Part shown: positions 8,665 to 17,190 of the stretch, piece by piece
Numbering within the stretch: the stretch's first letter is position 1
How the letters are laid out: each line of letters starts with the position of its first letter
Source of the DNA: a virus
Direction: 5' to 3' (one strand)
Length of the DNA: 64,000 nucleotides
Virus record (IMG/VR): IMGVR_UViG_3300017971_000214
Location: 1-64,000 of that record
Position numbers and translations under genes: made by a program
The notes under the pieces: generated by a model
Database searches by the model: none
What the model saw: the letters and a program-made list of their open reading frames with translations, nothing else
What the model was told of the DNA's origin: nothing

Positions 8665-9239
8665 TGGCTGGCAAGCGCAGCACCGCGGTGATGGACCGGC
8701 GCATTAAGATCCACCACATGTGGATGCGGCTGGAGATGCTGGTGGACGTTTTGGAGGAGAACCTTCCGATCATCGAGGAAGCGCTGGAGGATGCGGACCG
8801 CCCCACGAAGAGCTGTTTGGCGCAGGTTCGGAGAGCCCTGGAGAAGATCAACGATGACGACTGAGCGCAAGAAGCCACCTGAAGCGATGACCCCACGGCT
8901 CCTAGGCTACGGCCGAGCGCGCGACTACACAGCGCCCGAGGGCTACGAGCCGGTCGAGGAAGGCCGCCGGGTGTACGCCTACCCCACCGACTTCTTCTGC
9001 TCCCGTTGCGAGGGCTGTGGCTGCAAGAGCTGTAAGTGGACCGGAGAGGAAGCCGTGGCAGCTAGGCTGCGAGCTGCCCGCCGTCGGGGTAGGGCCGCCA
9101 GGAAGGCCGCCCGAAAACGAGCGCACTTGCCCGTAGACCCCGGCGTCCAGTAGTGCTGGAGGCATCATGATCTGGGTAGCCATAGGCGTCGTGCTCATCA
9201 TCGCGTCCCTCGCTGGCGATGAGTGATGCCCCCCACACT

Positions 9240-9860
9240 TGATCTTCCTCCCGCTTGATCTGCCCCCGGCCCGAGCACAGGAGAGGTGCGCCCCGCCCCC
9301 GCCAAACTCCCTCTTTGCCCCGCGGCCCGCCAGCTGGCGCCGAGATATTAAGATCGCCTGGCGCTCGATGGCATCTTCTTCGAGGCCCCAACCGCCAGCT
9401 GGCCTGAACGTCAGCTCGTTCCTGAACGGCCCCCTTTCCTGAACGGTCCGCCCTGGCGCGCCAGCGGCCCCGCCCAAAGGAAGTTTGGCCCGATTTCGCC
9501 CCTGGCGATCCCGAACAGCCAGCTCGGCCCAACCCCCGCCAGCTCGCCAGCCGCCAGCGCCAGACCGCCAGTTCCTGAACAGCCCCCGATCCTGAACAGC
9601 CCGCCAGAACCCTCCCCGCCAGCGGCCCCCACCCTGAACGACCCCCACCCAAACTCCCTCCCCATGCCTACACCTACCACCCCCTCCCACAAATCAACCC
9701 CCGAGCTGGCCCCTGAACGGCCCCTACCCTCTGGCATGATCTTAGAACGCCCCTCCCGCCCCCTAGCTGCCCCCCTAAGCCCCTCCCCCCACTCCAACAC
9801 CCCCTCGCCAGGGCCGCCAGAAAGGCCCTACACGGCCCCGCCAGGGCCTGGAGAAACGTG
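9240..9860. repeat. C-rich non-coding region with iterated CCTGAAC(A/G)G and GCCAGC motifs
   Basis: About 7 CCTGAAC copies between 9403 and 9720, many (C)GCCAG copies, and no credible ORF. Confidence 0.6.
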
Positions 9861-9970
9861 CCAACCCACTGCGCACTGTTGGCACGCTTTTTGGCAGTGC
9901 AAAGTTGGCACAGGGCATGCATATGGGCAATGTTGGCACACTTTTTGGCGGCCAAAAAACGTGCCATTTT
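9858..9970. promoter_or_regulatory. cluster of GCA-N2-GTTGGCAC operator/sigma54-like boxes in both orientations
   Basis: TTGGCAC at about 9879, 9905 and 9933; GTGCCA at 9858 and 9961. Confidence 0.55.
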
Positions 9971-10069
9971 TTGGATCGAAAACTACCGAGTTTGCCCGTT
10001 TTCTCCGCTTAGGCCGCCCCCACCCCCAAACTCCTTGGCGCTACCCCCTCTACACTCCACGGGACCTCA

Positions 10070-10109
10070 CACTACAATTGTTGACCGTGGACCGGGAGGC
10101 TGGTAAGGT
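10070..10109 (+). promoter_or_regulatory. CACTACAATTGTTGACC box fused to a sigma70 -35 (family member 1 of 6)
   Basis: TTGACC-17 bp-TAAGGT; the box recurs at 12360, 14214, 27683, 31356 and 41874. Confidence 0.75.
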
Positions 10110-10227
10110 GGGGCTCTCTCATCGGGCGAAGCCGCTGACGGAAGGCGGGAGAGAGTGGCGGGGGAGAAGGCTCGGGGGGAGGATTGGTTGTTGGAACGGG
10201 CGGCGGTGAGATGGAAAGGCGGCGTGA

Positions 10228-10662
10228 ATGACGCGGCAGACGAGCATAGCGGCCTACAATCAGATCAAAGCCGATGGCACCCTCAGCAAGATGCGTTGGA
10301 TCGTGTACGACTGCCTGTTCCGCCACGGCCCCCTCACCAGCAGGGAGGTCGACAATGGCTTGGGTCCAGGGGAGGACCGACCCAGCTACCACAAGCGCCT
10401 GAGCGAGTTGGAGCGCATGGGGGTCGTCACCACGGTGGGGCGCAAGGTCTGCAGCGTGACGGGCAAGGAGTGCGAGCTGTGGGACGTCACGGCGCTCGCG
10501 ACGCCCATCCCCCTCGATGCTGCTTCGAAGTCCCCTTCTCGGAAGGACCGCCAGGCGGCTGCCGAAGAACTGCGGGACATCTACAAGACCCTCGTGGCCC
10601 AAGGTCACCAGGGCTTCAGCGACAACCTCGTGCGGGTCTGCAAGTGGCTCGCAGCGAAGTGA
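10228..10662 (+). CDS. winged-helix-like DNA-binding protein
   Basis: GPLTSREV...YHKRLSELERMGVV pattern. Confidence 0.55.
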   Translation: MTRQTSIAAYNQIKADGTLSKMRWIVYDCLFRHGPLTSREVDNGLGPGEDRPSYHKRLSELERMGVVTTVGRKVCSVTGKECELWDVTALATPIPLDAASKSPSRKDRQAAAEELRDIYKTLVAQGHQGFSDNLVRVCKWLAAK

Positions 10663-10820
10663 AAGGGAACGAAGGCAGAGCAGTCGGACCGCATGCATAG
10701 GCGCACGAGACGGTACGTCGGAGCGGACGGCAGACGGAGAGAACGACGGGAGGAGCGCTGGACAGGACGGTCGATGGCGGGCCTGAGTGCAGGGGAGTTC
10801 GAGAGAAAGACGGAGAGATG
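10662..10820 (+). repeat. intergenic (GNNN)n tract
   Basis: 28 consecutive tetramers from 10709 to 10820 start with G; the tract ends at the ATG at 10818. Confidence 0.8.
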
Positions 10821-11704
10821 ATCCGACCACAACACGACAACCTGCCCAAGAAGACTTTGATCTGGCTCCTGTTCGACATCGACAACGGGCACGGCGGCTC
10901 CCACCACTACGTCTGGTGGTTCGAATCCCGTCGACAGGCCCGCGAGTTCAAAGCCCGCCACCTCGCGAGCCCCAACCCCCACAAGACCGACCTCGTCGGC
11001 CCCGTGAGAGCGAACGTCGATAGGATTCCCCCACGCGCCCTGAAAGGAACCAGGCTGGACCGATGAGCACCGAAGCCATTCGGAAGACCATCCACTGCGG
11101 CGGCTGCGGTGCCTCCGGTGGAGGAGAGAAGTGATCGCCCCCTGCTGGTGCCCACCCACCTGCCCCTATTGGGGAACCGAGTGCACCCTCTGCCCCTACG
11201 CTTTGATCTGGAGAGCACCATGAACGAGCCCGAACACATCCTCAACCCCGGCACCCAGGTCAAAGTCCACGACGTCCTCGGTGCCCCCCGAGGCATGCTC
11301 ATCAAACCCGAGATTCTAGATCGTCGGACCCCAGGCGTCTCCGGGATGATCTGCGGCTACGTCCCCGGACACGGCGGCGATGTCTACTGGGTCCGGCACG
11401 ACGGCGAAGAAGATACCGGCTCCGCCTACGGCTACTGGGAGTTCGATCTGACCGAAGAAGGTGACCATGAGCTGGCTCAGCCGTAGACGACAGCGAAAAC
11501 ACGTCGAGTCGATCCTGAAGCAGTGCGGCTGCGTCTGCTTCTGCCCCAACTGCCGAACCCCCCTCAACGACCAACCAGGCGAGGCCCTGGACGACAGCAT
11601 CTACCGCTACTCCTGCCGCTGCGGAGCCAAGCCCTGCTTCGACTTCGACTACCCCGTCCCCGTCAAGGTGGCCGACCACTCGATCCCTGAGGTATAGTCC
11701 CCCC

Positions 11705-12088
11705 ATGGCTACCAGGAAGCTGAGCGAGGCGATCTCCGAACTGCGCGACATCATCGGCGAAGGCGATTGGGGCAAGCTGGACGACCCCAACTTCGAGTTC
11801 CCCAAGCGCAAAGGCCCCACCCCAGGGGAAAAGACCGCCAAGGCCCAAACCAAGGCGATGGAAAACCAGGCCGCCAAAGCCCTCGGCGCTGCCGTGGTGA
11901 AGAAGATCTTGGACCAAGGCTTCCGCATCGCCTCCCTCGGCACCAGCAAGATGAGCTTCCCCACCAGGCCCCGCGTCGCCAAAGCCCTCGGGCTCAAAGA
12001 TGCGCAGATCTCCAAGCTCACCAAGGCCGGCGTCCGCGTCGTCCCCAGCAAGAAAGACCCGAAGTACGACTGGTACTTCGGCGACTAG
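11705..12088 (+). CDS. hypothetical basic protein
   Basis: ORF with GAGG RBS and coding-type bias. Confidence 0.6.
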   Translation: MATRKLSEAISELRDIIGEGDWGKLDDPNFEFPKRKGPTPGEKTAKAQTKAMENQAAKALGAAVVKKILDQGFRIASLGTSKMSFPTRPRVAKALGLKDAQISKLTKAGVRVVPSKKDPKYDWYFGD

Positions 12089-12359
12089 CCTCACCCGTGA
12101 ACCCCTACCGCGCAAAGCCCCCGCCTCGGCACCGCGGTAGCTGGTGGCAACAGCTCAAGTGCCGACTCGGCTGGTGCTTCAAAGAGCTGGATTGGATCGA
12201 AGAGACGCCCATGCACGACGTCTGGCACCAGTCCTGCCCCTTCTGCGGCGCCTCCGCCAACGCCATCGACGAAGGCTCCCCCCGCTGGAAAGACGACCAC
12301 CCCCTCAACCACAACAACCCCCGCGTTCCCCAGCCCCGCAGAATCCAGAGCTGAGCCTC

Positions 12360-12412
12360 CACTACAATTGTTGACTACCATGTTGACAATCATTGTCACT
12401 AGGTGATATGGT
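12360..12412 (+). promoter_or_regulatory. operator box plus sigma70 promoter of the RAMP-like operon
   Basis: CACTACAATTGTTGAC at 12360, TTGACA at 12383 and TATGGT at 12407. Confidence 0.7.
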
Positions 12413-12452
12413 CGTGGCATCTCTTCGGACGCTAGCAAAGGAGTAGCAAGAG

Positions 12453-13178
12453 ATGGCGCGAGCGAAGAAGCAAGAGAAGGTAGTCAAGATGTCGGACGTG
12501 TCGGTCCCGGTCATCACGGGGCGCACGGCGAAGGGCCGGGCACAGAAGGTCGACATCAACGTCCCGATCCCCGCCTACATCGAGCTGATGGTCCACGTGC
12601 GAGGAACGGAAGGCGGCGAGCTGCTGACCAACAAGCTGAACGACGACATCCTCAGCGACAACCCGGCGGAAGCGAAGCTGAAGAAGCAGCACCGGCTCCC
12701 AGCGGAGGTCTACGAGCGATCCAAGTACCTCGACGCCGAGGGCAACGACTGCATCCCCGGCGACAACTGGCGCCGATGCTTCGCCGATGCAGCCGTCACC
12801 ATGGACGGGGTGTCCAAAGCGAGCCTGCACCGCGAGATGGTGATCCTCGATGAGATGCCCCGCCTCGACTACAAGGACGTCTACATGCGGCGCGACATGG
12901 GTCGGGACTCGGGAGTGAACCGAGCGCCCCGCTTGATCTTCCGGGCGGCCTACCGTGGGTGGGAGTGCAAGATCCCAGTCCGCATCATGCTCAACGAGAC
13001 GACCTTCGAGCGCGCCGTCGCCCTGTTCAAGATGGCCGGGCTCTGCATCGGCATCGGGGACTGGAGACCCGGAGCACCCAAGGGGGGATCCAAGGGGACC
13101 TTCGACGTGGTGTCGGTGGAAGTCATCGGCGGCACGGTCACGATCAAGGAGCTGCAGGCGGAGCCCAAGGCTGCGTAG
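12453..13178 (+). CDS. RAMP/Cas7-like RNA-binding protein, candidate effector of the downstream periodic array
   Basis: N-terminal strand VHVRG..ELL, then Y..EG..CIPG.NWR.C..DAA, and a C-terminal glycine-rich loop AGLCIGIGDWRP....GSKGTFDV typical of RAMPs. Confidence 0.7.
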   Translation: MARAKKQEKVVKMSDVSVPVITGRTAKGRAQKVDINVPIPAYIELMVHVRGTEGGELLTNKLNDDILSDNPAEAKLKKQHRLPAEVYERSKYLDAEGNDCIPGDNWRRCFADAAVTMDGVSKASLHREMVILDEMPRLDYKDVYMRRDMGRDSGVNRAPRLIFRAAYRGWECKIPVRIMLNETTFERAVALFKMAGLCIGIGDWRPGAPKGGSKGTFDVVSVEVIGGTVTIKELQAEPKAA

Positions 13179-13186
13179 GGTGCGCC

Positions 13187-13678
13187 ATGGCGAAGAAGAA
13201 ACGCCTCCTGTACGTCCCGGCCGCCAAAAGCGGGATCTCCGAGGAAGAGGCGCAGGTGTGGGGCGAGGAGCTGACCAAGTTCACGGGCAACCCCAAAGAC
13301 CTCGGGGCCAATGCCGAAGAGGTCTACGATGCCGTGAAGGCCGACCCCTCGCACCCGCTGCACCCTTTGATCTTCTACGTCTCCCAAAAGGAGGCGGCCA
13401 GACGCCACTACATCGAGCACATCCGCAAGTGTTCGCGCAGCATTCAGGTTCAGTACCGGCCCCCGCACAAGCCGAACAACGTGGTGCTCACCCGAGCCTT
13501 CCACAACGTCGGCGGCGACTACTACCGGCTCGATGACGTGATGAAGAGCGACGAGCTGCGGGCTCGGGTGGTGGCCACGGCGGCGGCAGAGGCACGGGCA
13601 TGGGCGAAGAAGTACCGCCTCTACAAAGAACTTGCAGGACTGGCCGACACCATCGACCAGTATTTGGATCAACTTTGA
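13187..13678 (+). CDS. helical accessory protein between the RAMP-like gene and the array
   Basis: Co-operonic 163 aa ORF; its stop codon abuts the first array unit. Confidence 0.75.
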   Translation: MAKKKRLLYVPAAKSGISEEEAQVWGEELTKFTGNPKDLGANAEEVYDAVKADPSHPLHPLIFYVSQKEAARRHYIEHIRKCSRSIQVQYRPPHKPNNVVLTRAFHNVGGDYYRLDDVMKSDELRARVVATAAAEARAWAKKYRLYKELAGLADTIDQYLDQL

Positions 13679-14212
13679 GTGGAACGGTAGGGAACGGTTG
13701 GGCCGTGCGTGGCTTTGCCCCGCCCGGCTTGGACCGGCAATGCGAGGAGCCCCGTCGCGGTGTGATGCTGCCGCGGGGCACCAAACCAAGCGTCACCGGG
13801 ATCGGCTGTGAATGGCATCGTTCGGCCGCGTTCGGTAAGGCTCGGCCCGGCAATGCAAGGAGTCCTATCACGGATGATCTCTGTCGTAGGACGCCAAACG
13901 GTGCGGAACGGAAGGGCCGTGCAGCGCACGACCGCGTTCGGCAGCGCCCCGCTGCGTGCGGTTCGGTGGGGCAATGCAAGGAGTCCTATCACGGATGATC
14001 TCTGTCGTCGGTCGCTATTCGGAAAGGCTGTCCCGAACGGCAGCGCTGGGCACCGCATGGCAGGGCAGCGCAAGGAGCCTGGTCGCGGATGATCTCTGCC
14101 GCTAGGCACTACTCCCTCGGAGTGGAGAGGCACGTCCTCGTAGCGCTAGGCATAACCCGGCGCGGCTTGACAAAGCACGGAGCCCCATCACGGCGGAAGC
14201 TGTCGTGGGGCG
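13679..14212 (+). ncRNA. five-unit array of pentamer-periodic (mostly GGY-NN/NGY-NN) tracts, each followed by GGAG and a hairpin; candidate guide-RNA array
   Basis: Tracts at 13681-13745, 13789-13858, 13900-13979, 14021-14073 and 14119-14178. Hairpins at 13750-13778, 13863-13891, 13984-14012, 14078-14106 and 14183-14210. Confidence 0.8.
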
Positions 14213-14213
14213 C

Positions 14214-14253
14214 CACTACAATTGTTGACCATAGTGGGGCTAGGTGATAGGGT
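14214..14253 (+). promoter_or_regulatory. CACTACAATTGTTGACC box promoter
   Basis: TTGACC-17 bp-TAGGGT. Confidence 0.7.
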
Positions 14254-14274
14254 GGTGGCGTTCTCTCGGCTGCG

Positions 14275-14553
14275 GGGGAGAGAGTTGACCGGATGGGTCG
14301 GCGGGATGTCAGAACGAATGATCATCGGACGGTAGGACAGCGGGAGCGGGCGAGGAGTCGGCATGTCCAACGGTAGGAGCGCAGGAAGGCTTGTTGATCA
14401 CGGCAGACCGCACGATGGTTGACTGGAAGGCTAGAAGGAAGGCGCGCTCAAGACAGTGGTGCGGAAACGGTGGTAGGCCGGTACGCATGACAGAACAGCC
14501 GGGGGCTAATTGGTTCGATCCTGGGAACGTCTGAAAGAAAGCGAGAGCCTGAG
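14275..14553 (+). repeat. intergenic 4-nt-periodic G tract
   Basis: gatg ggtc ggcg ggat gtca gaac gaat gatc..., with phase slips; lies between a promoter and the ATG at 14554. Confidence 0.65.
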
Positions 14554-14803
14554 ATGAGCAAGACATGCTGGGACGATCACACGGCTGCGACTGCCGAGCA
14601 AAACGAAGAGCTGGAGCGGGCGGTAGCCGACGTGCTGAACCGGGCCTGTCGAGAGAACATCGCCAACGTGCCCGACTTCATCTTGGCCCGTGTGATGGTC
14701 CGCGCCTTGGCGGCTTTCGAGGAGTCGTTGCAGGCACGGAATGCTTGGTTCGGGTTGGACAAGAAAGATCAAGAACCTATACCGATACCGGAGGGAGCCA
14801 GAG

Positions 14804-15901
14804 ATGATCGACTGGAAGGCTCTGAAGAAGGAAGTCGACGACGAGCACGGTGCGCTGGACGAGTGCGAGTGCTCCGATTGCATCAAGCTGATTGAGGAAG
14901 CCGTCAGTGAGGGCTGGCGCTGTGAGATATGCGGCTACGATGGGGAGCCCTTCTCCTTCGCCTGCGCCTGCTACGACGAGAACGCCGCCTACTGCTTCCC
15001 GCGGAGCCCCGGCACAGGATGCTTCCACGGGCAGCTAGGATGCCCTCTGTGCGACGAGGGGGAGCGGCTGGATGTGGTGACCCGTGCGTTGGTGCGTGCC
15101 CTCAGACGGGCGCCTGAGCCCCTTAGCAGGCAGCTCTTCGCCGAGGCCAAGAAGGTGGCGATCGAGACCGGGCAGCCTGTCGTCATCACCCAACAGAAGG
15201 TGGCTAGTTCGGAGGAGATCGAAGAGCTGAAGCGGGTGCTGAAGCCGCGCCCCAAGAGCGACCGGCCACGGCTCCAAGCCAACCACACCAAGCCCGAACC
15301 GGAGACGAGGACCGAGTCCGACAAGCCATGGCGTGACCCCTGCCCCAAGTGCAAGACACCCGCCAACCCCAGAGCCTACTCCTGCAAGAACTGCGACCAC
15401 TCGTGGCTCCCCGTCGCCACCCAAGAGCACGACATCCTCCAAGGCTTCTACAAGGTCGCCATCGCTGAACGTGATCACGAACGCCACCTCGCCCTCAAAG
15501 CCGAAGCCCAAGTCAAAGCCCTCCGCAAAGAGGCCGAAGCCCTCGCCGCCGAATCCGAAGAGGCCCGGTCAGGAGAGTCCGAAGAGCTGCAGATCTTGAG
15601 AGAAGAACTCGCCGCGGCCCGCATCGAACGCGACGACGCCCGCCGCCTCGCCGTTGACCTGTACGAGAACTTCCCAGACCCCACCTACGAGAACTCCACC
15701 CTCGACCGCTGGAAGGCCAACGACCCCAAGCTCGAACACGAGTCCGTCTCCGCCCAAGGCTACGAGCGCATCGTTCAGCTGCTGCTCAACCACGCGAAGC
15801 TGCAACACGACCACGACTACCTCTCCGCACCTCCAGCTGATCTCATCGAGCTGTACCTCGTCGAGCTGCGCGCACACCAACGAGGCGAAGGCCATGGCTG
15901 A
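14804..15901 (+). CDS. hypothetical mosaic protein with Zn ribbons and a coiled coil
   Basis: Multiple CxxC pairs; long ORF with an RBS. Confidence 0.6.
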   Translation: MIDWKALKKEVDDEHGALDECECSDCIKLIEEAVSEGWRCEICGYDGEPFSFACACYDENAAYCFPRSPGTGCFHGQLGCPLCDEGERLDVVTRALVRALRRAPEPLSRQLFAEAKKVAIETGQPVVITQQKVASSEEIEELKRVLKPRPKSDRPRLQANHTKPEPETRTESDKPWRDPCPKCKTPANPRAYSCKNCDHSWLPVATQEHDILQGFYKVAIAERDHERHLALKAEAQVKALRKEAEALAAESEEARSGESEELQILREELAAARIERDDARRLAVDLYENFPDPTYENSTLDRWKANDPKLEHESVSAQGYERIVQLLLNHAKLQHDHDYLSAPPADLIELYLVELRAHQRGEGHG

Positions 15902-16637
15902 CCGCGTCCACCAAGCCGCTCAGAACCTGCTCGATGCCCTCCCCAGATGCGCCTGCGGCTCCCCCGCCTGCGCCATGCTCCCAGACGGCTCCGACATCTG
16001 CCCCGACTGCATGGGCGACGAAGACCAGGACGCCGCCGAGTTCTACTACGACTGGCACAACATCGCCGACGAGCTGCAAGAAGCCCTCGAAGCCACCAAA
16101 CCCAAGACGACCCCAGGTGTCGTCCCCTTCGACTACGACGGATCTTTTTCCCGAACCATGACCGGATACGTCGAAGAGCCCAACGACGGCCCCTACTCCC
16201 CCGCAAGCACCCGAATCCGCCCCGGCGGCTTCTTCGAATGCGACTTCTGCGGCACCAACACCAACGCCCGACTCCGCAAATGCTGCGCCCTCGGATACGA
16301 GTTCGATGGCGGCACGTGGCCGCTGACCGCCGGAGCCCCCGTCATGAAAGACAACCGACCCCAGCCCCACCCCGTCCCCACCTCCCTCAACCCCGACCGC
16401 ACCAAGGTGCGCATCCGGACTCTTCAACCCTCCGTCGACCTGTCCCCCAAAGACGCCCGCGAGCTGGCACTCAAGCTGGAGACGATGGCCGACAAGCTGG
16501 ACAAGCCACCCCCAGACATCCTCTGCCCCAAGTGCGGCTTCGACGAGCACGCCACCAAAGACATCTACCCGCCCGTCCACATCTGCGCCAAGTGCAAGCA
16601 CCAGTGGACCCCCGAGAAACCCGAGGGACGATCATGA
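15894..16637 (+). CDS. hypothetical multi-Zn-ribbon protein
   Basis: CxxC pairs; coupled to its neighbours. Confidence 0.6.
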   Translation: MADRVHQAAQNLLDALPRCACGSPACAMLPDGSDICPDCMGDEDQDAAEFYYDWHNIADELQEALEATKPKTTPGVVPFDYDGSFSRTMTGYVEEPNDGPYSPASTRIRPGGFFECDFCGTNTNARLRKCCALGYEFDGGTWPLTAGAPVMKDNRPQPHPVPTSLNPDRTKVRIRTLQPSVDLSPKDARELALKLETMADKLDKPPPDILCPKCGFDEHATKDIYPPVHICAKCKHQWTPEKPEGRS

Positions 16638-16918
16638 GCGACGGAGCCGAAGAGCGCCGCGAGGCCGCCGACTACACCTACCACGTCCACTGGTCCCCAG
16701 AAGACGGGGAGTACGTCTGCACCTGCTCCGAGTTCCCCTCTCTGAGCTGTCTCGCCATTCACCCTCTGGTGGCCTTGGCCGAGATGCTCCCCGTCGTGGA
16801 CGCCGTCCTCGAATCCATGCGAGAGCACGACGAGCCGCTGCCCGAGCCTCTGCGTCCGCCGAGCCCGGTACGCTTCATCGTCATGCCCCCCGCACGCCCC
16901 AAGGAGCCCATGAGATGA
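16634..16918 (+). CDS. HicB-like antitoxin N-terminal domain protein (orphan)
   Basis: YTYHVHWSPEDGEYVCTCSEFPSLS..A..P..AL matches the HicB partial RNase H fold pattern. Confidence 0.7.
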   Translation: MSDGAEERREAADYTYHVHWSPEDGEYVCTCSEFPSLSCLAIHPLVALAEMLPVVDAVLESMREHDEPLPEPLRPPSPVRFIVMPPARPKEPMR

Positions 16919-17190
16919 TCATCGAGATGCACGCAGGCCGTGGGTACGACCTCGCCAAACACTGCTCCCGACTCCACCTCAAAGCCGAGTCCGACGAGGA
17001 ACGAATCATCCTCGCCCGCCTCGCCCACCTCGGGATGAAAAACGATCTCGTTCGAACCCTCGCCCAGCTCCTCCCCAAGAAGGACCCTGCGGGACTTCCC
17101 CCCACCAAAGACGGAACCTCCGACCCCTAGACCCACATGTAGGGAAAAACCCGACAACCCGTAATTTATTTCGGAGATGATCTAAGAGAC

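Noticed and set aside
8902-10209. Gly/Pro-rich ORFs across the C-rich block
   Set aside because: They are compositional artefacts of poly-C/G repeats.
13488-14133. ORFs overlapping the array on both strands
   Set aside because: They are Arg/Gly/Pro-rich by-products of the pentamer repeat, with no RBS or codon bias.
13679-14212. Canonical CRISPR array
   Set aside because: The repeats are degenerate hairpins, the intervening segments are long and 5-nt periodic, and no cas1/cas2 is present. Reported instead as a distinct array type.
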